DNA from: Ancylonema sp.
Taxonomy: Eukaryota
Reading direction: 5' to 3'
DNA: 64,000 bases
Assembly: GCA_050230475.1 (NCBI GenBank)
Contig: JBFLGF010000093.1
Span: 62,001-126,000, forward strand
Under the pieces are notes generated by a model. The model worked only from the letters and a program-made list of their open reading frames with translations, was not told the DNA's origin and made no database searches. How positions within the stretch are numbered: position 1 is the stretch's first letter; the number at the start of each line of letters is the position of its first letter. Positions 23,125 to 35,256 of the stretch are shown piece by piece. A program made the position numbers and the translations under genes.

Positions 23125-26100
23125 TTTTAGGGATGTTACGTGATCGGGGTGCGAGGCAGTGTGATTCTTTCCGTACAAGGAACTTACGTCTCTCAGAAAT
23201 GATCAATGACAAAGTGTTGAGTTGGAAGAATAATATTGAATGGTCGGAATCGTGTAGGTATACCACGATGCCTCGTCCACAACAGAAATCTACAAAGCGT
23301 GCCGACGGTCGTGTCTGCGAACCGTCGGCCTATCATAACTCAACAACAGTCTGATCCTGTCAACGGCACACGTCGGACAGTCTGACAAAACATAACGTCT
23401 AGATTCGGAACCATCTAGACCGCACGTGCTACAAACGGCACAATCAAACGTCATATCGGGTGTCCGGACATAAGTCCGGCCCCTCATATAAGCACAACCT
23501 AGGAACACTACCGGTACACAACCGGCAGTCCGGACTGCACGCTAGCAAACATGGTATCCGATAAATTCCTACACCCCCCCTCGGATGCCATGCCAAGATT
23601 GGCATTAAGTCAGCACCAAAGGACCACCCTCACAACCGCTAAGTCATGGCAAGACCAGTGCATAGCCCATGGAATAGTAGGGTCTTCTCTAGCATATCAA
23701 TGTGCTAGAGGCATTTATCAAAAATCACAGCCGATCGGAAACGTTCGGAAGCCGATCGGAACTCCAGAAGACGATCGTTCCATATCCTTAGTCGTTTTTC
23801 GGGCCGGAGCCCTGAACATACAAACAAAAACCACAAGTGAGGGCAATACAAAAATGAAAACAAGTCAATCTTCTGTAGTTTTCTCCGAATAACTTGAAAA
23901 TATGCAAAACTTCACAACTCACCATTTTCTTAAAACTTCATAACTTTCTCAATACTTCACCAAATCAAACGAACTTTTGACATAACATTTGTAATATAAA
24001 TGGCAACACATATGCCATAATTCATGAACAACTGACAACTCTAGATGCAAACAGATCTGCAACTTTTCAGGTGTCCGCGAGTGTTTTCAGGGCAGAAAAA
24101 GGAGTAGGGTGACTTAGCTGGATAGACGAGCGTTGAGAGCCCTCCCCAGAAGAAGAATAACAGAACATACACCCCCTGCCAAACACAGCATAGCCGAATC
24201 CCCTAGAACCTAATGTGCACCCCTTCAGTTAACCTCCCAAAACCTATAGACGTTCCGTGTCTGTCAAGTAAGACCTGTGGAAGAGCCTTAGTGAACATAT
24301 ATCGGCTGGTTGGCCCCTGCCAGATACATATAAGTTCTGTTTCCAATTCTGGGTATACCACATTAACCCGCCTGGGTTCACGTAGCAGTTGAGTCACTGT
24401 AAACTGTAATTTCATTAGGGAGTTTGAGCTCATGCAGGAGCGACTTCAGGTAACAGCATTCCTTAGATACACTACAGGAAGCAATATATTCAGCCTCTGC
24501 TGTACTCTGTGCGACTGTAGACTGTTTCTGGGACTTCCAGCTTAAAGCAGTTCCCCCAACAGTAGTGACCCATCCTGTGACCGACTTGCCAGTCATACTG
24601 CAGCTGTTCCAACCGTGATCCACTGTACCCTTTAAATATCTGAACAGTTGGTGTAAGGATTTGATGTGAGCAGTCCCAGGATTTCCCATGTGTTTTGCCA
24701 GTACCCCCGGTGCATGCGCAATATCCGGTCTGGTGTGTTTCATTGCGTAAATGAGTGACCCAATTTTTCCCCGGAATTCAGTTATCTGTTCAGGTGTAGG
24801 GGGAGTTAGAGGTTCATCGTCTTGGTGAAATGTCAGTCCAGGTGGTGTAAGGGTAGTTTTGTAGGATTACAGTTTGCCATGCCAAAACGTTCCAGAACCT
24901 GTTTTATGAACCCTCCCTGATGCAACGTTAGCACCCCTTGTTGTCTGTCCCTTTTCACTTCCACCCCCAGGATATGGGTTAGGGCCCCAAGATCCTTCAT
25001 TTTGAATTTCCCAGATAGTTCTTGTTTGAATGCCTTAATGACCATGGTGTTAGGACCAACTATCACCTGATCATCACATGTATCCCCACTATGATCCGTG
25101 ACTGTCTTGTGCCCCTGGTGTATATGCATGTGTCCATAATGCACTGTTTGAACCCTATATTGAGCATGAAGGCTGTGAACATCTCACCCCAGACCTTGCT
25201 ACTCTGGTTTCCGTCCGTACAGTGCCCCCCTCATTCTCAAAACTTTTCCCTCAGATCCTCCCTCAATCTCCATGAATGGTGGATTTCATATATACTTCTC
25301 TTTGGTCAGTCTTCCGTGCAAGAAAGCAGTCACCACATCCATCTGTTCAATTTCCCCTTTCCCAACCCTCTTGATTCGCAATAGCTAGTAGAAGAGATAT
25401 AGAGGTACTATCTACTACAGGTGCGAATATTTCAATAATCAACTCCTTCTTGTTGTAGAAAACCGTGAGCGACGAGTCTGACTTTGTATCCGTTCAAGGG
25501 GTCCCGTGGGTGTGTATTTTGTTTTGAATACATATTTGCACCCCACAGCCCTTTTACCTGGTGGAAGTTCACACACCTCCGAAAGTGTTGAATTCCCCCA
25601 AGCTTTTCAGCTCCTCCTAGATAGCAGCTAACCACTGGTCCCAGTCTGGCCTCGTCATGGCCTGGTTCAGCGTCAGAGGGTCGGAGGAGTCAGCAGACAT
25701 GGCCACGAATCTAGGGTCAGAGGGGCCGTTGTAGCCTGTGAAGAAGCATGTTGCCTCCCACTCCTCGTCCTGAATGGCTGCTACCAGCGCCTGGTCATCG
25801 AACTCCTCCCCATCATATCTGAGGACATCCCCAAAGTGGGCAAAGTTTGCCCTCCTCCCCTTCCCATTACTCTCTCAGCTATGCTGCATTCACCCCTTGC
25901 CCCCCCTCGTCCTTCACCCCCTCCTTGAACTTCCTCCTCCTCGCCTGCCACACCTACGTTGTTGATCCCAGATTGGCCGTCAGACACAGCTCAATCACAG
26001 CGATGGGGACCTCAGCAGCTGGTGGTGGCGGAAACTGTAATGCTGGGATCTAGGCTCCTGGGTTGTTGTGGGCGGCTGCTGCTGCTGGCATTGCTGCTGG

Positions 26101-29100
26101 CTCTGCTGCTGGCACTGCTCCTGGCACTGCTGCTTGTCCTGGCACCCCTCCAGCCTTAGGTTCATCATCCGTGTCGGGGAACAGCTGGAAAAAGTGTCCA
26201 TCTGCTTTGGCCTCGACCTGGGGAGCTCTCACCCCCATGAGTCTCGGGTACCCCAGCACTTCCTCAAAGAAACGGACGTCTTTCCGCACCATCACACCGG
26301 CTCTGAGCGGGTCGAAGATGTTGTAACCAGCTTGATCTGCTGCCAGCCCAATGAATACCCCAAAAGCAGTCCTGGCAGCATACTTGTCCCCTTGTTTATT
26401 TTTATCATGCCCAACTTTCAAATACTGCACTAGGCAGCCAAATGTGTGACTTCTGTCTAGTTTGATTTGGCGTCCCGTCCACTTCTCAATAGGTATCCCC
26501 CCTGTCAATGAACTAGTGGGGGTCCTGTTCCTTAGCCAGTTTGCATGCATCTTTAAGCAGTTTAGACCACATCAGCAAACATCTCATCTTCTCCATCAGT
26601 GTTTGGTTCAGTCTTTCACACATGCCGTTCTGCTGAGGACTATAGGGGGCAGTTAGTTCATGTTTGATGCCTTTTTCCTCACAATAGCCTTTCCACTCCT
26701 TGCTGGTATATTCCCCTCCTCCATCTGCTCTGATCGACATTAACGGCAGTCCTGACTCAACCTCTAGTTTTTGTACAGTGATGCGCGTTTGACTGAGAGC
26801 ATCGCTCTTGTGCTTGAGAAGAGATACTGTTGACAGTCTAGAATTGACCTCTATCCCAGTCTGAGCATAATCAAACCCTTAATCAAACCCTCCGTGCATT
26901 GATCTGACACCAAAAGGACCTATGCAACCTTCCTATTTTTGGCATAGTGGCCACATCATCGCTAGCCAGTGCATGCCCCCTCTGTCCCATCTTCCCCATA
27001 CAGCAGATCTCACAATCTCTGACCTCAGTCAACTCTTCCTGACTCAATCTCGGTATGTCACCACGTCTGGCCATGTCTGACATGGTTGGAACACCAGGGT
27101 GACCCAGCTTGCCCTGCCAGAGCATGCCTATGGACAGATTTGCTTGCGGACCAGATGAACCAGGCATGATGATAGATGAATGCAGCAATTACAGACCATT
27201 CCTATGCCTGCTGATATCAGCCCATTTCTGTCCATTCTTAGTGAGTTTAGGACCATGTGGGGTCTGGGCAAAGCTCAGCCCACCTCTCTGGACGAGGCAG
27301 TCGGTGGACACCAGTCGCAGCGAATGTAGGGACGTGCAGAGCAGTGAGAGGGACGAAGAAGAAGGAGTCGTCGTTCTTCACTCGAACGTGCACGAAGCCT
27401 GTCCCCTCGACCTTGTGAGGCGTGCCATCAGCCGTGTGGATGGGATGAAAGAATGCTGCATTGGGACGTTGGTGTCGTACTCGACGAAGTGGTTTCGGTT
27501 TACGAAGACGTGATCAGTCGAGCCTGAATCAAGCACAGAATGCGAACAATCAGTTCCAGCTGCCCATCGCAATCCCTTGCGTCAGATGAGAATGCTGCAA
27601 TAAGCTAAGGGATTTAGAGGCATCCGAAAGGTGTGTCTGGTCTTGCAGCAAGCAAGTCTAGCCCTTGATTACGGAGATTCGAATCAGGTGCAGACGATGC
27701 CAGATCAGATTTACGTTTCATGCATTCTGCCAATGTGTGTCCGAGCTTATCACAGTATCTGCACTTTGAGTTTCGGACTGCCACTTCCCTGGCCAGCCGA
27801 TCTTCCTCCTCCCCCATGCCGTTGCTGGCCGCATTGCGACAGTTTGTGGCCGATCTGGTTGCAGCCATGGCACCTCATTTGCGGACGCACGGGGCAGTCC
27901 GACTTCAGGTGACCATGCTGGTTGCAGCCGTAGCACTGAGTTCTCGACATGTCGCGACTTCCGGGAACGCCACTCCCACTTGGTCCACTTGGGCCAGCTC
28001 CAAAGCTGCCCGAGTAACCCCCCCTTCCCACGAAATTGGTCAGCTGCCCTCCCGGCAGCGCCCCTCTCTTCCGGTCGTTGCAGACCTCCCGTCGATCGCC
28101 AGCTGACAGAGTGCTGACGGCCTGAGGGATCGTGAAGAGTGATGGTGCAGAAACTGCCCAGGACATCACGCTCTCCACTCGAGCGCTGTCGCGAGTGTTC
28201 AGGGACTTCAGGCAGTTAATCGTCTGCTTTGCCGGCTTGACTGGTTCCCCCAGATGCCCCAGCCGATCGTGCAGCTCTTGAAGTCGCTTGACGTAATCGC
28301 TCAGCTCCTCCGCGCTTCTCCCATGATAATTGCCGTGAGCTCAACTTCAGCGTTGGCAAGTTCGATGGCTCCCTGAATGTCGTAGAAAGACTTCAGGGCC
28401 TCCCACATCTCTGCTGCAGTCGTGCAGTTCCTCACATGCGTCAGCTCCCCCGTCTGGGTGTTTGACGATGTAGGCCATCGCGGCGATATTCTTCTTCGAC
28501 CAGACCTCTCGAAGGAGAGTCTGTCGACCGATGAGCTGGGTGCGTGTTGTGATCGTTCTAGCGACGTCCGCAGCCTCCAGCGTATCGAGCTCATCCTGCG
28601 TGTGTGGTAGAAACACGACAGGCTCTTCTTGCCTCCGCGATTTCCCCCAATCTATAACAATGTCGTGCAGCTCCTTGTCTGCCAGACCAAACTTGATTTT
28701 AAATGCCCACCCTTTGTAGTCTGCTCTTGTGAAGACCGGAATGTATGATTTTTCCGTCATGTTAGGCAACAGCTGAAATTCTTGGTGCTCAGCTCCCAGC
28801 TGCTTTCTTGAGCGTGTTTCGTGCAGCGCTACTCACACCTCAGTCACTGGCAGCGCAATCGAAGGATTACGTGCAGTACTTAATAACCTCAGAGTGCCTT
28901 TAGCAGCGAATTGTGTGGAATGCCTGTAGTTATTGACACAACGTCTCTAACTAGACCGCTTGTGGGCCCATAACCTTTTAGGGATGTTACGTGATCGGGG
29001 TGTGAGGCAGTGTGAGTCTTTCCGTACAAGGAACTTACGTCTCTCAGAAGTGATCAATGACAAAGTGTTGAGTTGGAAGAATAATCTTGAATGGTCGGCA

Positions 29101-29428
29101 TCTGTAGGACACCACGATGCCTCGTCCACAACATGAATCTACAAAGCGCGACGGTCGTGTCTGCGAACCGTCGGCCTATCATAACTCAACAACAGTCAGA
29201 TCCTGTCAACGGCACACGCCGGACAGTCTGACAAAACATAACGTCTAGATTCCGGAACCATCTAGACCGCACGTGCTACAAACGGCACAATCGAAACGTC
29301 ATATTCGGGTGTCCGGACATAAGTCCAGCCCCTCATTATAAGCACAACACCCTAGGAACACCGGTTACACTAACCGGCAGTCCGGACTAGCACGCTAGCA
29401 AACATGGCTATCCGATATAATTCCTACA
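23125..29428 (-). mobile_element. Full-length Ty1/copia element B (decayed)
   Basis: TSD GTGGT at 23120-23124 and 29429-29433. LTRs 28976-29428 and 23125-23573; PBS 28962-28975; PPT just inside 23574. Domain order gag-PR(LDSGSTDH)-IN(RADGGGEY, PQQNGMCER)-RT(FKMKDLG)-RNase H(AQSTAEAEY), all frameshifted. Confidence 0.95.
28962..28975 (-). promoter_or_regulatory. Half-tRNA-iMet PBS GGTTATGGGCCCAC
   Basis: Complementary to the anticodon stem-loop GUGGGCCCAUAACC of plant initiator tRNA-Met; abuts the LTR with no spacer. Confidence 0.9.
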
Positions 29429-29433
29429 GTGGT

Positions 29434-29843
29434 CAGGCCACTTGGGGAGGGTCTTGACTATGGCTCTGAACTAGACTACGAAGTCTGACACTGGACCTGT
29501 TTGTCTGAGCTCACGTATATGATTTTCTTTGGTGAGGCGAGTATCTTCCTCCCCAGAGCACTCCTGGAGTTCAGTCAGCAGCTTTGCAGCACCGAAACCT
29601 TCGGGGAGGTCGCCATTGTCATCGAGGTAGTTAGAAAACCAGTCGTAGGCAGGGCCACTTAGGAGATTGCCGACATAGTGGACAGTCCGGATAGTGTTGC
29701 TGAACCGTTTAGCAGCCAGCCTGATCATGGATCGGACCTAGTTGCAGAAGGAGTTTAGATGCCGAGATTCGCCATCAAACTTAGGAGGGTCAGCTGGAAC
29801 CAGGTCCTGGAGAGTTGGTGTAGGCTCGGGTGGTGAGGCGGCT
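29434..29843 (-). pseudogene. Element H gag (capsid region)
   Basis: PPKFDGESRHLNSFCN*VRSMIRLAAKRF...LLSGPAYDWF...ELRQTGPVSDF; joins in frame across element B to DHPCIYTFFEKLKPEL. Confidence 0.85.
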
Positions 29844-30999
29844 TGTAACGGAGTGACGTGTGCGTTTGTTCATTACTCTTGTTTTGTCGATAGTTAAGTT
29901 AATTATCGATTGCGCCTATAAGCAAAGTTGCTAATAGATGGGGACGCCGGCCTCGGGCCTACGCCCCACCTAAGTATTATTAATACTTGGCGCAAGGTTG
30001 CGCCAATTGATACTTATTTATTATTAGATATTACCGCCCCCGCAAGGAGCCGATAACTGTCTATTATTTCGACCGGTCCTTTGACGGGTCAAAGTCTCCG
30101 TCCGTGCGTACGGATTCAGCCGTACATAACGTAAGTCAACCGTCGTTTGAGGATTCCATCCCGCATCGACAGTTCGAGCTCGTAGAGCTTTCCAGTGGCC
30201 TGGGCGAACCACTGTCAGCTAAGGGGGCTTTCCCTCAATTGAACATGAGTTTGTGCACGATTCGATTGTGAGCACCGCCTTCAAACATACACGCCGCAGC
30301 CTACAGAGTATTCACTAATTGAACAAGCTCTAGATGCTGTAGACTGCGGACACAGCGTGTCGATACGTTTGAGTCGTATGTGTTTGTTATTTGCAAATAA
30401 CGTCATTTATATTGTCCTGTGGCGATATATTACATTGGTATCAGAGCAGAATTTAGATACTGGTAAAATTTTCAGAACAACAGCATTGTGTATGAGTTTC
30501 GAAGCCGCACTCGAAGCTTTCATTCGAACATACCAGTCAATGTCTCTAAATGTGCCACCTGCGAATGCGCCCCGCGGACATACAATATCCGCCCCTCCAG
30601 TAGTTGAGACTGTGGCCGGATCCGCAATGCATTCGGAAATTCTGCAGTGTACTGTGACATCGCCGAGGCAGTCTCCAAAGCCTGCAGCCGGCGAATCTCC
30701 GACGGGAAGCAATCTCAAGCGTCCGTCACCTGTCATTGGTCCCGCCCCACGAAATTTCACCACACGGAACTTTCGCCCCGCTCGCCTGCCCGCCCACGCT
30801 GCAGTCGTCTAGCGCGCGAATCTTGCTGTTGCCTCTGTTCCGGGCGTCAGCGCGCCAATCGACGCACTCGGGGGACTGCGAACCTACCACGAAAATCGTG
30901 GGAACCTCTCCAACGAAGAGGAGTTGCTGCACCAGGCGGAGAAGGCGCTGCAAGACCAGCGCGAGAAGGTCTATGGGCTCGCTGCAGAGCTCAATGTAG
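29844..30999 (+). mobile_element. 5' LTR, PBS and gag start of chromovirus C
   Basis: LTR 29844-30434 TG...CA; PBS TGGTATCAGAGC at 30436-30447 (3' end of plant tRNA-iMet); gag-like ORF pieces from 30492, cut by element F's LTR. Confidence 0.9.
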
Positions 31000-33900
31000 T
31001 TTTACAAGTGCTATCCCGAGATATTCAGATCTCCGACTCACAGTTTCCGTACACAACAATATCTTTCGACGAATCTCAAAGGGACAAGAACGTGATAAAC
31101 GATAATAAAAAAACGTCGATGGAAATGAGTACTGAATTGTGAGCGGCATCGGGTTGATAATACCCGATGCACGTTACAGTGCCAATGATTCCGATGGTCG
31201 GAATACCGACCGTTGGCCTATCACAACTCAACAAGTAAGCGATCATGTCAACGGCTTATGCCGGACAATCGCGCATGACTAGGCATAGCAAATCCTACCG
31301 AGCCACGTAGCTAGGTGCAGTATGACATGACGCACCTAGCCTCCTTCACTAGCGACGGTAATCATTATGACGACACGGTACGTGCCTAGCAAAGCGAGTC
31401 GGGTGCCCGGAGACAAACGTATCCGACCCCTCTACTACAATCACACCCGGCTATAAGCGCCCGGGTGGAGTCCGAACTAGCACACTAACCATGGCTATCC
31501 GACTTATTCTAACACACCCCCTCGGATGCCATGCCTTGATTGGCAATTTGCTAGGCACCCTAGGGACTACCCTAGTTACAGCTATATCATGGCATAACCA
31601 TTGCATAGCCCATTAGGTAGTTTGGTCTACCCTAGCATATAGACGTGCTAGGGGTGTGCCCTATCTACAAAGTAGCCGATCGGAGCTCCCAAAGCCGATC
31701 GCTCCCGCTCCTTGGTCGTTTTTCGGGCCGAAGCCCTGAACATACAGACAAATACCACAAGTTAGTGAAACAATAAAAACAAAAAATACATTTTTTACTT
31801 TCTGACTTTTTTCTGACTTTTTATAACAAAATTTGCAGAATCTGCAACCCTTTTTAACTTGACGTAAAGGTGTTTTAGGGGCATGAAAAGCTTCAGGATT
31901 GACTTAGCTGGACGATGGAGGAGTGCTGATCCCTCCAGATGTGTCCTGGCCCCAAAACACAAGCCAAACACAAACGCACACCCCCTTCCAAGCATGGCAA
32001 GGCATCCGAAACATCCCAAAAACATTTCTACGCACCCCCTATTCAGTACACCCTTCACTATCTGGCAGCAGTTTGACTGGCCAGAATACCCCTGTCCAGA
32101 ACTATTGACACAACTGATGCAATACCTGGCCAAACTGGCCCAAATAACTTGCTACACGGAGCCAGCTCGACCAGCTACACTACTGGTACTACAGATTAGC
32201 AAACACACAAACACTGTGCAGCAAGCAACAGTTCTTCTGGGCGGCTGGCAGCAGACTCTCTAGATAGCTGCTGAATACCCTGCTGGACCTAAAACAGCCA
32301 GCTTTTCATTTAACTTCTCCAAATTATACCAAAATTGTTCATAAGCATCTCAACCCTACCAGAAATACTACTGGCTTTACGGCGTATCAAAATATCAAAT
32401 ACCCAGCACAAGCAAATGCTTTGCATGGAGTACTGGCAGTCTGGCAGACTATCAAATGTGCACTTACATCATCAGCCCCCCAAGCTAACTCGTCCATCTG
32501 ATCTGGGGCCAAAACATCCTCTATCAGGTCTGAACCTTCCTCTACTAGTTCCACACCCCCTAGCACCAGCTACCATACCCCCAAGACCACTACACCAGGC
32601 CGCGCACAAATCCGCCATTAAGTCAGGCGGGGCGTAGGGTTGAGAAGTTGGTAAGTGTGGACTGTTTTCTGTGACTCCTGTCCTCATCCTGGACCTAGGC
32701 TCCCTCACTGACAGGTTCCCTCTGGCACCCCCATAATCCTTGCTATCATTCAGCATCATCTCTAGGATCTCATAGCCTGTCCGACTCCCTAAATCACCCA
32801 AGTTGGACTTCAGGTTCTTGGAGTGTAGGGTGGAAGGGTTGAGTGGGGGAGAGTCTTGAGGTTCCTTTTCAGGGGTAGGGGGAGGTGTTGCTTGAAATAG
32901 CCCCTTTCCGGGCATACACATTGCCATATTAGCTTGCACCCTCTGTCTACTTTCCCCCCTAGTGCCTCTTTTCGCTTCTTTTGCTCCTACTGTTCCCTCA
33001 ACTTTGCTCCCTTTCACCTCCTCTAGCTTCATGCCCTCTTCACTAACACCCATAACAATGGATCCTGGTAAATGAAGAAGCCCATTACTGGTCTTCCTAA
33101 CATCTGCCCATCTAGCACCACTTTTGGTAAGGCTAGGCACCCCCTCCTCACTCAAATTAAACCCAATTTTTCCTCTAATATTGAGGCAAGTCATACTGAC
33201 CAGTGTTTGACCCAAGCTGGGCACATGGAGCGCTCGAAGCGGAATCTGGTGTACCGACCTCTAATTTCGCAGCGCCACTATCACGATGCCGACTCCTACC
33301 ACTTTGTGTTCCTTGTTGTCAGGTGTGCGGACGTAAGAGCTGGCCTCCGGCACCACGCTCGAGTACCTCGTGAAGTGTGCTCGATCCGGAAAGACGTGGG
33401 CGTTAGTACCCGAATCCAGAATTAGGGACTCCCCCTCCGCATTGGCCACCTCACCTACTGCACGTGCTCCATACGTGCTATGAAATGGTGCATTGTCCCC
33501 GGGACATGCTGCAAGCCTAGCCTGAGCTCCCATGTCCCGCTCCCGAGACTCGCGAGCACTCATTTCATGCCCCTCCATTCCTGCATCTCCCTGATGTCCT
33601 GCTGAAGCCGCCGCTCTGCACTCTGCAGCCTTGTGGCCGATCTCATGACATCGGTGGCACTTCGAACCTCTAACTTGGCCGCCTGAAGCTCTTGGCGTTG
33701 GACAGTTCGCTTGCACGTGGCCCAATTGGTGGCAGCCGTAGCACTCCACCCCCGCCATGTCGCGTCTTCCAGGTCCGCCACCCCCTCCAGGTCTGCCACT
33801 GCCTCCAGCACCTCCATCACCGGCGTAGTTCGCATGATGCCCGCCTGGCAACAACCCCCGCTTCCGATCGCCGCACTCCTCTCTCACGTCCTCGTTCACG

Positions 33901-34250
33901 AGTGCACTCACGATATGCGGAATCGTAAAGATCGCTGGATTTGACTGAGCCCAGGTCATAATGGTTTTCACCATCGGGCTATAGTGAGTGGACAGAGAAT
34001 TCAGGAGATCAATTGACTGGTCGAAAGGCGTCACAGGTGAACCGAGGCCGTCTAGCTTATCATGGAGGTCCTTCAACCGCTTCACGTATAGACGCAAGTC
34101 TTCGTTTTCCGCCATAACGATCGCTGACAGCTGCGCTTTGGCATTCGCCGTCTCGATGTCGCGCCCTGCACCATGTAGTACGTCTGCAGTGCATCCCACA
34201 TAGCCGCAGCAGTCTCGCATCTCGTCACATGTGTCAGCTCGGAGAACCCC
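31000..34250 (-). mobile_element. Non-autonomous Gag-protease-only copia element F, 5'-truncated
   Basis: Gag with CYGCHQLGHVQANC and CHRCHEIGHKAAEC; protease LILDSGTNAH; tail homologous to element E; no IN/RT. PPT CCGAGGGGGTG; 3' LTR about 31000-31514 (left boundary inferred from similarity to other LTRs). Confidence 0.8.
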
Positions 34251-35256
34251 AGATAGTAAATGAAATAATAGTAGTCAGAAAATACAAAGATGTACAAGAA
34301 AAAAAAAATGGTCACAATGTTTGTTACACAACTTTTATTTATCGAAATCAAGGTCTTCCGCTGTTGGATTGAAGTAGTATTGCAGATTGAGTCTCTGCGG
34401 AGATATCAATATTATATCTATCACACGTCTCACCGGTCTGGTGAAATTCACTACTTAACGCTAAGGGCAAGCTAACATATGGTTTATAGTATAAAAGTCA
34501 TGGAAAATACTATGAAGCAAACAAGATAGTCCGGTGCAGACAATCAAGGTTAACAACCGTAAGAGTTACCTTCGGTGCGAAAGTAAAATATCGACGGCGC
34601 GTCGATAAAAGATACTGGCTTAGAAAGAGCGTAAACAGGTGTAAACCACAGATGTTGGCTAGTAGGGGGCGACAACAAACACACACACACAAATGAAAGT
34701 GCCGGTTCGGAGTGAGCAAGTTCTAGACTTTTGAAAATAAGCCACGCGTTATTTTCAACTCGTACAATAAAAGAAAAATATCACACTTTTCTCAAAAAAG
34801 TAATGATTCTAGATCATCTTTATATCGAATACTCTCGTTATAGAGACATATTAATCCATAGGGGTTTCTTATCATTCTAGAGGGGTTTCCGCCTTAGCGA
34901 TCTCTAGCGTCATGACACATATACATGTAGCCAGTCCGCCACTTATACCTATGTAGTATTGAGCAAATAGATACCAATAGCCGCATAAATCATTGTCATG
35001 TAAATCAGTGTCATGCCAAATGCATTTCCACACCACCCTAGAATGAGCTTGCGTCATCCCAACCTACCAAGGGCTACCTCACATAACATTCTAGTAATCT
35101 ATTGCTACACACAAGCGCAAGACTCAATAGTATATGACGTGACTCTCACGCACTCCGCTCGAGTTCAACCAGCCGATGGAGCTTGCAAGATAGTACCACT
35201 CGACAAATCCGGATCGTGGGGCTGAAGCATGACACCCTGAACCTTACATGAAAACA

